Part shown: positions 9,245 to 20,597 of the stretch, in pieces | Layout: each line of letters begins with the position of its first letter | Position numbering within the stretch: position 1 is the stretch's first letter | Source: Candidatus Saccharimonadota bacterium | Lineage (GTDB): Bacteria; Pseudomonadota; Gammaproteobacteria; Johnevansiales; Johnevansiaceae | Direction: 5' to 3' (one strand) | DNA length: 32,000 nucleotides | Assembly (NCBI RefSeq): GCF_902713755.1 | Contig: NZ_LR744089.1 | Made by a program: the position numbers and the translations under genes | Notes under the pieces: generated by a model | The model's input: the letters and a program-made list of their open reading frames with translations, nothing else | Told to the model about the DNA's origin: nothing | Database searches by the model: none

Positions 9245-9258
9245 ATTTTTCCTTTTAT

Positions 9259-9332
9259 AGCGGGAAACGAGACTCGAACTCGCGACCTTCACCTTGGCAA
9301 GGTGACACTCTTACCAACTGAGCTATTCCCGC
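9259..9332 (-). tRNA. tRNA-Gly (anticodon GCC)
   Basis: Reverse complement is GCGGGAA-TA-GCTC-AGTTGGTAA-GAGT-G-TCACC-TTGCCAA-GGTGA-AGGTC-GCGAG-TTCGAGT-CTCGT-TTCCCGC-T. Confidence 0.9.
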
Positions 9333-9338
9333 AAATAT

Positions 9339-9360
9339 AACATACCGCTATGTCCCATAG
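9339..9360. repeat. 22-bp exact repeat, copy spanning the tRNA-Glu 3' end and trailer (identical to 22153-22174)
   Basis: aacataccgctatgtcccatag was read at both loci, and the flanking bases differ on both sides. Confidence 0.9.
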
Positions 9361-9423
9361 GAGGTTCGAACCCCTGTTACCGCCGTGAAAGAGCGGTGTC
9401 CTAGACCACTAGACGAATGGGAC
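9351..9423 (-). tRNA. tRNA-Glu (anticodon UUC)
   Basis: Reverse complement starts GTCCCAT-TC-GTCTAGTGGTCTAGGAC-A. Anticodon stem CCGCT/GGCGG with loop CTTTCAC, T-arm AGGGG-TTCGAAC-CTCCT, acceptor ATGGGAC plus A. Confidence 0.88.
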
Positions 9424-9490
9424 TTAATAATATATATTATTATTTTAATCATATTAATTGTCAATATTTAAAAATTGTCTAAAGGATATT

Positions 9491-9712
9491 ATGATGATTA
9501 CCAAAGACACTATCGAAATGGAAGGATTAATTATAGACACTTTACCAAATACCATGTTTCGAGTCAAATTAGACAATGGGCATATTATTACCGCACATAT
9601 CTCTGGTAAAATTCGAAAAAATTATATCAAAATATTAACCGGAGATAAAGTAAAAGTTGAACTTACACCTTATGATCTTACAAAAGGTCGTATCATATAT
9701 CGTTCACGTTAA
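9491..9712 (+). CDS. infA: translation initiation factor IF-1
   Basis: [73 protein letters not shown] is near-identical in pattern to bacterial IF-1 (73 aa). The ATG at 9491 is preceded by AAAGGA at 9481-9486. The track ORF from 9458 uses an upstream TTG. Confidence 0.97.
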   Translation: MMITKDTIEMEGLIIDTLPNTMFRVKLDNGHIITAHISGKIRKNYIKILTGDKVKVELTPYDLTKGRIIYRSR

Positions 9713-9717
9713 TTTTT

Positions 9718-10782
9718 ATGAATAAAATTATTGTATGTATGTCTGGAGGAATTGATTCCTCTTTATGTGCTTTTTTACTTTTACAAAAAGGATATAAAGT
9801 TGAAGGGTTATTTATGAAAAATTGGGAATTTAACACTAATTGTCCAATACACAACGATTTTGATGATGTAAAATATATATGTAATAAATTAAAAATAGTT
9901 TTACATATTGTAAATTTTTCATCAGAATATTGGCATAATGTTTTTAAAACAACTCTTCAAGAATTTATTTCTGGTAAAACTCCAAATCCTGACATTTTAT
10001 GTAATAAAGAAATAAAATTTAATTTATTAATTAAATATGCTTTTAATATATTAAAAGCTGATTATATGGCTACTGGACATTATGTTCAATTAAAAACTAA
10101 TTTTTTTATCAAAAGTCTTGATTTAAATAAAGATCAAAGTTATTACTTATATAATATAAACAAATATTTTATACACAAACTTATTTTTCCTATTGGAATT
10201 TATAAAAAATTCGAAATACGTAAACTTGCAAAATTTATTTTTTTTAAACTATATAAAAAAAAAGAATCTTTTGGTATTTGTTTTATAGGAAATCACAATT
10301 TGTCATCTTTTTTAAACAATTTTCTTCCTTTAACAACTGGTAAAATACAAACCAATAATAATATTTTTATAGGACAACATAAAGGATTTCCTTATTATAC
10401 TAAAGGACAAAAAAATGGATTTAATATCACAAAATTTTTTAATCAAAATTCTTGGTACGTTATTAAAAAAAATTTCCATAAAAATCTTTTATATGTCACT
10501 AACAAAAATAATAAATCTTTATATACCAATTCTTTAATTGCAACCCACTTACATTGGCTTATTAATCCTTTTAATAAAACAACTAATAACTTTACTTTAT
10601 TTGCTAAAATACGATATAGACAAATAGATCAACAATGTATAGTTTATAATTTTATATATTATATAAAAGTTTATTTTTTATATAAACAAAAATCCATTAC
10701 AGAAGGGCAATCGATTGTTTTATATAAAAATAATATTTGTATAGGTGGCGCTATTATTATTAGCGCTTATAATAGAAAATAA
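9718..10782 (+). CDS. mnmA: tRNA 2-thiouridine(34) synthase
   Basis: PP-loop CMSGGIDSS. Catalytic Cys contexts NPDILCNKEIKF and ESFGICFIG. ATGHY is present and the 354-aa length is appropriate. Confidence 0.9.
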   Translation: MNKIIVCMSGGIDSSLCAFLLLQKGYKVEGLFMKNWEFNTNCPIHNDFDDVKYICNKLKIVLHIVNFSSEYWHNVFKTTLQEFISGKTPNPDILCNKEIKFNLLIKYAFNILKADYMATGHYVQLKTNFFIKSLDLNKDQSYYLYNINKYFIHKLIFPIGIYKKFEIRKLAKFIFFKLYKKKESFGICFIGNHNLSSFLNNFLPLTTGKIQTNNNIFIGQHKGFPYYTKGQKNGFNITKFFNQNSWYVIKKNFHKNLLYVTNKNNKSLYTNSLIATHLHWLINPFNKTTNNFTLFAKIRYRQIDQQCIVYNFIYYIKVYFLYKQKSITEGQSIVLYKNNICIGGAIIISAYNRK

Positions 10783-12021
10783 TTAAAAAATCTTAATTAT
10801 TTTTTTTAATATTCTTAATAACTTTTTTATTTCTTCTAAATTATTATATAATGCAAACGATATTCTACAAACTGTATTTATTCCATAATTATTTAATATA
10901 GGTTGCACACAATGATTCCCCGTTCTAATAGCAATACCATATTGATCTAATAATAACCCTATATCATGTGAATTAATACCTTCTATTATAAAAGATACCA
11001 CTGAAAATTTTTTATTTTTTCCTATAATATGAAGTTGTTTTATTTTTTTTAATTTTTTTAGTATATAAAATACTAATAGTTTTTCCCAAATTTTAATCAA
11101 ATTTAAATTTTTTGTTAACCACTTTAAAGAAGAATAATAAGCAATAATATTACATATTGATTGTGTACCGGCTTCAAATTTATAAGGTAATTCGGAATAT
11201 ATTATTTTTTCTTTAAAAAAACTAAAATACTTTACCATGTCTCCACCATAATGACAAGGATCCATATTTTTTAATATTTCTAAACGTATATATAATATCC
11301 CTACACCAGTAGGACCATAACTTTTATGGGAAGAAAAAACATAAAAATCTATATGTAATTTTTGTACATCAATTTTTTTATGTGATATAGCTTGCGCTCC
11401 ATCTATTAATATTAAAGCTTTTTTATTATGAACTATTTTTGATAAACTTTTTATTGGATTTGTTGTTCCTAAAACATTCGAAATATGCGTTATTACTACT
11501 AATTTCGTTTTATTTGTCAATAAGTTTTTCAAATTTTTTATATCTATTAACCCATATTCATTTACTGGTATTATTTTTAATTTTAATCCTTTATTATTTG
11601 ATAATTTTTTCCAAGGAATGATATTTGAATGATGTTCCATCATAGAAATTAAAATTTCACTTCCTTTTTTTAATAACTTTCCATAACTATTTGCTACTAT
11701 ATTTATAGATTCAGTTGTACCTTTTGTAAATATAACTTCTTCTTTATATTTTGCATTTATAATTTTACAAACCATTTGTCTTGTACGTTCATATGCTATT
11801 GTAGCAGCCTTTGATAAATAATTTAATCCTCTATGAATATTAGCATTATAATATTTATTATATTCATTCATTATTTTTATTACATTATTTGGCATTTGAA
11901 TAGTCGCTGCATTATCAAAATATATTAAATCATATATTTTATATATTATTTTTTTTAATACAGGAAACTCTTTTCTTATTTTAATAATTTTGTTTTTTAT
12001 TTTTATATAATTAATTAACAT
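10783..12021 (-). CDS. sufS: cysteine desulfurase SufS
   Basis: Class V aminotransferase. HHSNIIPW, PLP-Lys context SSHKSYGPTG and catalytic Cys RTGNHCVQP. Lies at the distal end of sufBCDS. Confidence 0.9.
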   Translation of the reverse strand: MLINYIKIKNKIIKIRKEFPVLKKIIYKIYDLIYFDNAATIQMPNNVIKIMNEYNKYYNANIHRGLNYLSKAATIAYERTRQMVCKIINAKYKEEVIFTKGTTESINIVANSYGKLLKKGSEILISMMEHHSNIIPWKKLSNNKGLKLKIIPVNEYGLIDIKNLKNLLTNKTKLVVITHISNVLGTTNPIKSLSKIVHNKKALILIDGAQAISHKKIDVQKLHIDFYVFSSHKSYGPTGVGILYIRLEILKNMDPCHYGGDMVKYFSFFKEKIIYSELPYKFEAGTQSICNIIAYYSSLKWLTKNLNLIKIWEKLLVFYILKKLKKIKQLHIIGKNKKFSVVSFIIEGINSHDIGLLLDQYGIAIRTGNHCVQPILNNYGINTVCRISFALYNNLEEIKKLLRILKKIIKIF

Positions 12022-13060
12022 TTTTATAACTATATATATCTTTTAAACAAAATATTTTTGTACAACAAAGATATTTTTTTAATGCTTTTATTTCTATAAA
12101 AGTTAAAAATTCATTTATTAAACTTAATAATATTAATATTTTTGATAAAGTTTTTTTTATTCCTCTTGTTCTTAAATAAAAAATATAATCTTCATTTATT
12201 TTTCCAATAATTGTTTTGTGTGTACAAATTACATCTTTTGATTTTATTTTTAATTTCGGATTGGTTTTAATCTTAGCATTATTATCTAATAATATATTTG
12301 AATTTTTTTGAACACCATATACATTGTTTATATTTTTTTTTATATTTATATAACATTGAAAAATTCCTGTCGCTGTATCATTTATTATTCCTTTAAAATC
12401 TACATTAGATTTTGTAAAATTATTTTTATGATTAATACTAATTTTATTTTTTATTAAATTTTTATCTTTAGGATAAAACAATCCTAATACCTTACATTTA
12501 CTATATTCATCTTTTAAATTTATTAATAATTTATTATATAAATAATAACTATATATATTTATATTATAAAACTCACATTTACTATATTTTTTTTGATTGA
12601 CAACAATATTTGATAAATAATAATCTATTTTATTTAATTCTACTAATTTATAATATGCTATCTTTGAATGATTATTGATATTCATTTCCATTTTTATATT
12701 ATTTATATTTTTTTTTTTACTTTTATTTATATAATGTTCTAAAATTTGTATTTTTAATTTTTTATCAACTAAAAAAAATATTTTTAAATTAATTTTTTTA
12801 TATATTTGTTTTTTTGAAATATATAACATATATATTGGTTTATTTATATTTGATTTTAAATAAATTATTAAACCACTATAAGTGTTTGTTTTTATTTTAT
12901 CATTTTCTTTATTCATAATATTTTTTTTTAAATAAATTATATTTTGTTCACATAATTTATTTATATTTGAGTATTTTTTTGATAATTTTCCATCTATAAA
13001 CACTATCATAAAAGCATCAATATTTAATAGCTGTGTATTACACATATTTTTTATAACCAA
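12011..13060 (-). CDS. sufD: Fe-S cluster assembly protein SufD, N-terminally short and highly divergent
   Basis: Positioned between sufC and sufS. C-terminal KSKDVICTHKTIIGKINEDYIFYLRTRGI matches the SufD/SufB signature DVxCxHGxxxGxxDxxxxFYLxxRG. Start is either TTG 13060 or ATG 13045. Confidence 0.65.
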   Translation of the reverse strand: MVIKNMCNTQLLNIDAFMIVFIDGKLSKKYSNINKLCEQNIIYLKKNIMNKENDKIKTNTYSGLIIYLKSNINKPIYMLYISKKQIYKKINLKIFFLVDKKLKIQILEHYINKSKKKNINNIKMEMNINNHSKIAYYKLVELNKIDYYLSNIVVNQKKYSKCEFYNINIYSYYLYNKLLINLKDEYSKCKVLGLFYPKDKNLIKNKISINHKNNFTKSNVDFKGIINDTATGIFQCYINIKKNINNVYGVQKNSNILLDNNAKIKTNPKLKIKSKDVICTHKTIIGKINEDYIFYLRTRGIKKTLSKILILLSLINEFLTFIEIKALKKYLCCTKIFCLKDIYSYKNVN

Positions 13061-13775
13061 ATAATTCTATTTCATTTAATAATTTTTTATCACCCGATTT
13101 TATAATTTTTCCATTTATTAATATATGTATATAATTAGGCTCTATATAATTTAATATACGTTTATAATGAGTAATTAAAATAATTGAACTATTATTAGAT
13201 TTTATTAATTTTATTCCATTTGATACAATTTTCATTGAATCTATATCTAAACCTGAATCTATTTCATCAAGTAATGCTACTTTTGGTTTTAACATTAACA
13301 TTTGTAAAATTTCATTTTTTTTTCTTTCACCACCAGATAAATTTTCATTTAAATCTCGATTTAAAAGTTTGTTTTCGATTTTTAAATATTTCATATTTTT
13401 TTTTATTTTTTTTATCACTTTTAAAATATTTATTTTTTCTTTTTTTAAATATTTTAATTTTTCATTTAAAGCTGTATGTAAAAAATATATATTTTTTACT
13501 CCTGCTATTTCAATATGATTTTGAAAACTTAAAAATAATCCAAGTTTTGATCTTTCTTCTATATTCATTTCCGAAACATTAATATCATTAAAATAAATTT
13601 TACCGTTATTTATTTTATAATTTTCTTTTCCAACTAATGTTGATAATAACGTTGATTTACCAGACCCATTCGGACCCATTATTACATGTATTTCACCTGT
13701 TTTTATTTTTAGGTTAATACCTTTTAATATATTATTGTTTTTTATATTAACATTTAAATTTTCTATTTTTAACAT
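13038..13775 (-). CDS. sufC: Fe-S cluster assembly ATPase SufC
   Basis: Walker A GPNGSGKST, signature LSGGERKKNEILQM, Walker B LLDEIDSGLD and ITHY. 245 aa. Confidence 0.92.
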   Translation of the reverse strand: MLKIENLNVNIKNNNILKGINLKIKTGEIHVIMGPNGSGKSTLLSTLVGKENYKINNGKIYFNDINVSEMNIEERSKLGLFLSFQNHIEIAGVKNIYFLHTALNEKLKYLKKEKINILKVIKKIKKNMKYLKIENKLLNRDLNENLSGGERKKNEILQMLMLKPKVALLDEIDSGLDIDSMKIVSNGIKLIKSNNSSIILITHYKRILNYIEPNYIHILINGKIIKSGDKKLLNEIELFGYKKYV

Positions 13776-13776
13776 T

Positions 13777-16510
<2,734 letters not shown>

Positions 16511-16520
16511 TCAAATTGAT

Positions 16521-17696
16521 TTATAATAATCTTACTTGCCATTCTTTATTTATTAAACATAATTTTCTATTACAATAATATTCATTGATACCAACTCCTG
16601 TTAATTCTTGTATTACTTTTTCTCCATAAAATCTTAAATCCTTTATTTTTTTTTCTAATTTTTTATCTTCTAAAACTGGTGCTAATATTCCTTCTTTTAT
16701 ATTTTGTTGTTTCTCATTTAATGATGTAAGTAATTTTAAATCCATAGTACACCCAGTAGATGGTCTTGTTTTTCCATATTTTTGACCAATATCATATCTA
16801 CCTCCTTTTGCTAAAGGTTTAACATATCCTGATACATAAGCTGTAAATATAAATCCATTATGATATTGATACCCTTTTAAATCTGATAAATCAAAATATA
16901 TTGATATATTCTTTACTTTTTTTTTTATAATTTTATATATTTCTTTTAATTCATCTAACAATACTTTTATTTCTTTTATAAAAGATATTTTTTTATATGC
17001 TTTTTTTATAATATTAAAATCACCGTGTAATTTAGGTAACATTTTTAATATTTTACTTATTTTTAAATCCACTTTTATTTTATCTATTAAATGATCAACA
17101 TCAGTATATGATTTATTATCTATTGCTTCAAATAAGATTTTCAAATATTTTTTTTTTATTTTAGATTTTTTGACTAATACTTTATATATACCAATATGTC
17201 CAAATGATAAATTGATATGTTTTGCGCCAGATAATATTAAACTTTTTATAGTAAGAATTATTATTTCTATATCTGCTTCAATACCTATATATCCTAGTAA
17301 TTCTATACCTAATTGTATAGGATTTCTTTCTAAATCATGTTGATTTTCATCAATAAAAGCACGAAACACGTTCGTGCAATAACAAACCCTATACGGTCCC
17401 TTATTTTTTAAAACATTAGAATCTATCCTAGCTATTTGAGGTGTTGAATCCGCACTTAAACCAATTAATTTACCACTTAACATATCAATTAATTTAACCG
17501 TTTGTATTTCTAAATCATATCCTACAACATTTAATAATGTTTCTAAAAATTCTATATGTGGAGGTATAATAAAATTATAACCATATTTATAATATAAATT
17601 TAATAATTTTATTCTTAATTTTTCTATTTGTATTGATTGAGGGGGTAATATTTCATTTATACCATCCGGTAATAAATTTTTTTCATAATTTTTCAT
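16521..17696 (-). CDS. hisZ: ATP phosphoribosyltransferase regulatory subunit HisZ (HisRS paralogue)
   Basis: NLLPDGINEILPP resembles the Pseudomonas-type HisZ N-terminus WLLPDGIEEVLPP. Also IPPHIEFLETLL, LSADSTPQIARID, RVCYCTNVFR, PIQLGIELLG and GGRYD. No anticodon-binding domain. Sits next to purA as in non-enteric proteobacteria. ATG 17696 overlaps the miaA TGA as ATGA. The track ORF uses an upstream TTG at 17714. Confidence 0.75.
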   Translation of the reverse strand: MKNYEKNLLPDGINEILPPQSIQIEKLRIKLLNLYYKYGYNFIIPPHIEFLETLLNVVGYDLEIQTVKLIDMLSGKLIGLSADSTPQIARIDSNVLKNKGPYRVCYCTNVFRAFIDENQHDLERNPIQLGIELLGYIGIEADIEIIILTIKSLILSGAKHINLSFGHIGIYKVLVKKSKIKKKYLKILFEAIDNKSYTDVDHLIDKIKVDLKISKILKMLPKLHGDFNIIKKAYKKISFIKEIKVLLDELKEIYKIIKKKVKNISIYFDLSDLKGYQYHNGFIFTAYVSGYVKPLAKGGRYDIGQKYGKTRPSTGCTMDLKLLTSLNEKQQNIKEGILAPVLEDKKLEKKIKDLRFYGEKVIQELTGVGINEYYCNRKLCLINKEWQVRLL

Positions 17697-18604
17697 ATAT
17701 GTATATTTTTCCAATATTTGGTAATATTACTTTTTAATAAATATACAATCATATCACTTATTTTATAATTATAAGCATCTAACCAAAAAGCATCTTTATA
17801 TTTACGTAACCATAATTTTTGTTTTTTTGCTAAATTTCTATTAGCTGATAATATTTTTTCTTTTAATATAAAAAAATTATATTTTCCATCAATAAATTCA
17901 CATATTTGGCGATATCCTATACTACGCATTACATTTATGTCTAAATTTTTTAACCTTTCTACTTCTGTAATAAAACCTTTTTCCAACATAATATTTAAAC
18001 GTAATAAAATATTTTTATACAATCTTTCCTTATTGTTATGTGTAATAATAATTTTTATTAACTTTCATGGAAAGTTTTCTTTATTTTTTTTTTTCCAAAA
18101 ATAATTAATTATTTTATCAGTGTTTAAATATACTTCTAAAAATCTTTTTATTCTATAAATATCATTATTATTTATTTCATTTTTTTTTACTAATTTATTT
18201 AATAATAATAAATAATATTTATTATATTTTTTTATTTTATATTGTAAAAAAGGTATTTTTGCTATTCCTTCTAATAAAATTTTAAAATAAAACATTGTAC
18301 CACCCACTAATATCGGTATTTTTCCTAAATTAATAATTTTTTTCATTACTTTTAATGCATCTTTACGAAACTCCCAAGCAGAATATTTTTCATTAGGATT
18401 TCTTATATCTATTAATTCATGGTATATATTTGTTGGTTTTGCTGTACCGATATCCATATGTCTATAAACCATAACAGAATCTACACTAATTAATTCACAA
18501 TTTAATATTTTTTTTAATTTTATAGCTATTTTTGTTTTACCTGCTGCTGTGGTCCCCATTAAAAATATCGCTATTGGTTGTTTTATTATATTATAGTTTT
18601 TCAT
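17693..18604 (-). pseudogene. miaA: tRNA dimethylallyltransferase MiaA interrupted by one in-frame TGA (18065-18067)
   Basis: The N-terminal ORF (18065-18604) has the P-loop [25 protein letters not shown] and [11 protein letters not shown]. The C-terminal ORF (17693-18022) has EKGFITEVERL, MRSIGYRQ and NRNLAKKQKLWLRK. Both are in the same frame and the 14 codons between them are open. The only defect is CCA-TGA-AAG. Confidence 0.85.
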
Positions 18605-18619
18605 ATTTTTTATTTAACT

Positions 18620-20284
18620 TTATATTTTACGTAAAAATAATTTATCTAATAAAAAATTAGATATTTTTATCCATGTAGGGCGTCCATGATTACAAATTTT
18701 GATATGTTTAGTTACTTCCATTTCACGTAACAATGAATTCATTTCTATGATCGTTAATTTTTTATTGGAACGTATACTATTATAACAAGAATATTTTATA
18801 AAATATTTTTTTAAAATATTTATTATATTTTTTTCAGAATGTACCAACTTAAATTTATCAAATATTTTTTTAAATATAAAATATATATTTATATTTTTGA
18901 AACCAAAATTTGGGATTTCTTTTATTAAAATTATATTAGATTTTATTATTTCTAATGTTATACCTACTTTTAAAAATTTGTCTTTATATTTTTTTATTAA
19001 TGTAATTATTTCATAATCTACTTTTAGACTAATCGGTAATAATAATTTTTGTCTTAAAATTTTCTTTTTTAATTGTTGTTTTTTTATTTTTTCATAGATA
19101 ATACGTTCATTTGCAGCATGAATATCTACAATAATTAAACCTTCTTTATTTTGTGAGATAATAAATTTTTCTTTATATTGACCTATTGCAAATCCTAAAA
19201 AGTTTTTATTTAAACTAGAATTTTTTTTTGTTTGAACAATGCATTCTTTGTTTGTTTCTACTTTCGACCGTTTATTTTTTAAATTACAATTATGTTTTAA
19301 TGCAAAATAAATTTTTTCAAAAATAAATTTTTTTATTATATTTTCATCCATAAATCGTACTTTAGATTTATTCGGATGTATATTTACATCTAATAATTGT
19401 GAATATATACTTATATATAAAATATACGATGGTTTTAAACCATTAAACATAATCTCATTATATGCATTTAATATAATTTTTTTTAATAAAGGATCATTTA
19501 TAATTCTTCTATTTATAAAAATATATTGTTTATTTTTCTTCACCTTATTGGTTGGTATAAACAACCAACCCATTATTTTTATTTTATTTTGTTTATCATA
19601 TTTATTTATAAACAAACTATTTTTTATCAACTCTTTTCCAAAAAGTTTACCAATTCTATTTATACATTCATCAAGTTTTACACACGGTAATAATTTATAT
19701 ATATTTTTATTATTTATTAAAGTCCAACAAATATCAAATCTTGATAAAACTAAATTATAAAACATTTCAAATATTTTATTCTTTTCAATTCTATCACTAG
19801 ATAAATATTTTAATTTTATTACATTATTATAAAATAAATCACTTATACTTACTGTCGTTCCTTTTAAATGCGGAAAGGGAAACATATCTATTTTTCCAAA
19901 TTTATTAGATATCCCATACCCCTTATACGTTTCATTATAAGGATTAGATATTAACTCATAATTCGATATTTCACCTATAGCTGATAACGCTTCACCTCTA
20001 AACCCTAATGTTTTAATATTATGAATATCTTTTAAACTTTTTATTTTACTTGTTGCGTTTTTAGTAAATACTAATTTCAAATCATCTTTATTTATTCCAC
20101 AACCATTATCTATAACTTCTATTAATTTTTTTCCACCTTTTTTAATATTAATTTTAATATTATTACTTCCAGCATCTATAGCATTTTCCACTAATTCTTT
20201 TAATACATATGAAGGATCTTGAATAATTTCTCCTGCCGATATTTTATTTATTAAGTTTTTTTTAAGTATTTTTATTCTATTCAT
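18620..20284 (-). CDS. mutL: DNA mismatch repair protein MutL
   Basis: GHKL ATPase motifs ISAGEIIQDPSYVLKELVENAIDAG, DNGCGI and GFRGEAL. C-terminal VDIHAANERIIYE. Start chosen at ATG 20284 (MNRIKILKKNLINKISAGE), which aligns with the MutL N-terminus. The track ORF begins at an upstream GTG at 20302. Confidence 0.9.
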   Translation of the reverse strand: MNRIKILKKNLINKISAGEIIQDPSYVLKELVENAIDAGSNNIKINIKKGGKKLIEVIDNGCGINKDDLKLVFTKNATSKIKSLKDIHNIKTLGFRGEALSAIGEISNYELISNPYNETYKGYGISNKFGKIDMFPFPHLKGTTVSISDLFYNNVIKLKYLSSDRIEKNKIFEMFYNLVLSRFDICWTLINNKNIYKLLPCVKLDECINRIGKLFGKELIKNSLFINKYDKQNKIKIMGWLFIPTNKVKKNKQYIFINRRIINDPLLKKIILNAYNEIMFNGLKPSYILYISIYSQLLDVNIHPNKSKVRFMDENIIKKFIFEKIYFALKHNCNLKNKRSKVETNKECIVQTKKNSSLNKNFLGFAIGQYKEKFIISQNKEGLIIVDIHAANERIIYEKIKKQQLKKKILRQKLLLPISLKVDYEIITLIKKYKDKFLKVGITLEIIKSNIILIKEIPNFGFKNINIYFIFKKIFDKFKLVHSEKNIINILKKYFIKYSCYNSIRSNKKLTIIEMNSLLREMEVTKHIKICNHGRPTWIKISNFLLDKLFLRKI

Positions 20285-20597
20285 AATCTTTTTTATTTTC
20301 ACAACTAGATTTATTTAATAAAATATATTTTTTTACTACTTTTAATTTAAAAATATATTTTTTGTTTAACTTTATTATGTTTTTTTTTATATCTACTTTA
20401 TATAAAGTTTTTTTTATATTTTTATATTTGATAATATAAATATCAATATTTAATTTTGTAAAATCTTTATATATCATTTTTATTTTTTTTCTTTTTGTTA
20501 TAAACAACATACTATTCAATTTGTTTTTATTCCTTTTATCTATAAAAAAATATATTTCTTTACTTTTTATTTTATTTATTGGAAAGTCTTTTTTCAT
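20277..20597 (-). CDS. hypothetical Lys-rich protein (106 aa), orphan; possibly a degenerate TsaE relic
   Basis: ATG at 20597 sits immediately after the ilvD stop, and the TAG overlaps the mutL start. The frame stays open for 106 codons in the most A+T-rich stretch of the window. No family motif is recognisable. EIYFFIDKRNKNKLNSMLFI weakly resembles [20 protein letters not shown] of TsaE. Confidence 0.4.
   Translation of the reverse strand: MKKDFPINKIKSKEIYFFIDKRNKNKLNSMLFITKRKKIKMIYKDFTKLNIDIYIIKYKNIKKTLYKVDIKKNIIKLNKKYIFKLKVVKKYILLNKSSCENKKDYE

Noticed and set aside
9245-9292. The longer yadG ORF starting at 9292 (MKVASSSLVSRYKRKN..).
   Set aside because: The extra 16 codons are the translation of the tRNA-Gly gene body. 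The ATG at 9244 gives the canonical ABC ATPase N-terminus.
9425-9442. The 18-nt perfect palindrome taataatatatattatta in the tRNA-Glu/infA spacer.
   Set aside because: It is composed purely of A/T with a (TA)n core. Such palindromes arise readily in this composition. There are no flanking promoter elements I can defend.
9458-9490. The upstream extension of infA, where the track ORF starts at TTG 9458.
   Set aside because: IF-1 is a ~72-aa protein. The ATG at 9491 with AAAGGA 5 nt upstream reproduces the canonical length and N-terminus.
17693-18604. The idea that the genome uses genetic code 4 (UGA = Trp), prompted by the in-frame TGA in miaA.
   Set aside because: Every other long gene is uninterrupted under the standard code. 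Conserved Trp residues are encoded by TGG, for example in aceE, purA and mutS. TGA sits at sensible gene ends, in ATGA start/stop overlaps for dnaX, miaA and alaS, and just before a TAA for yadH. One TGA among roughly 10,000 codons is not a recoding signal.
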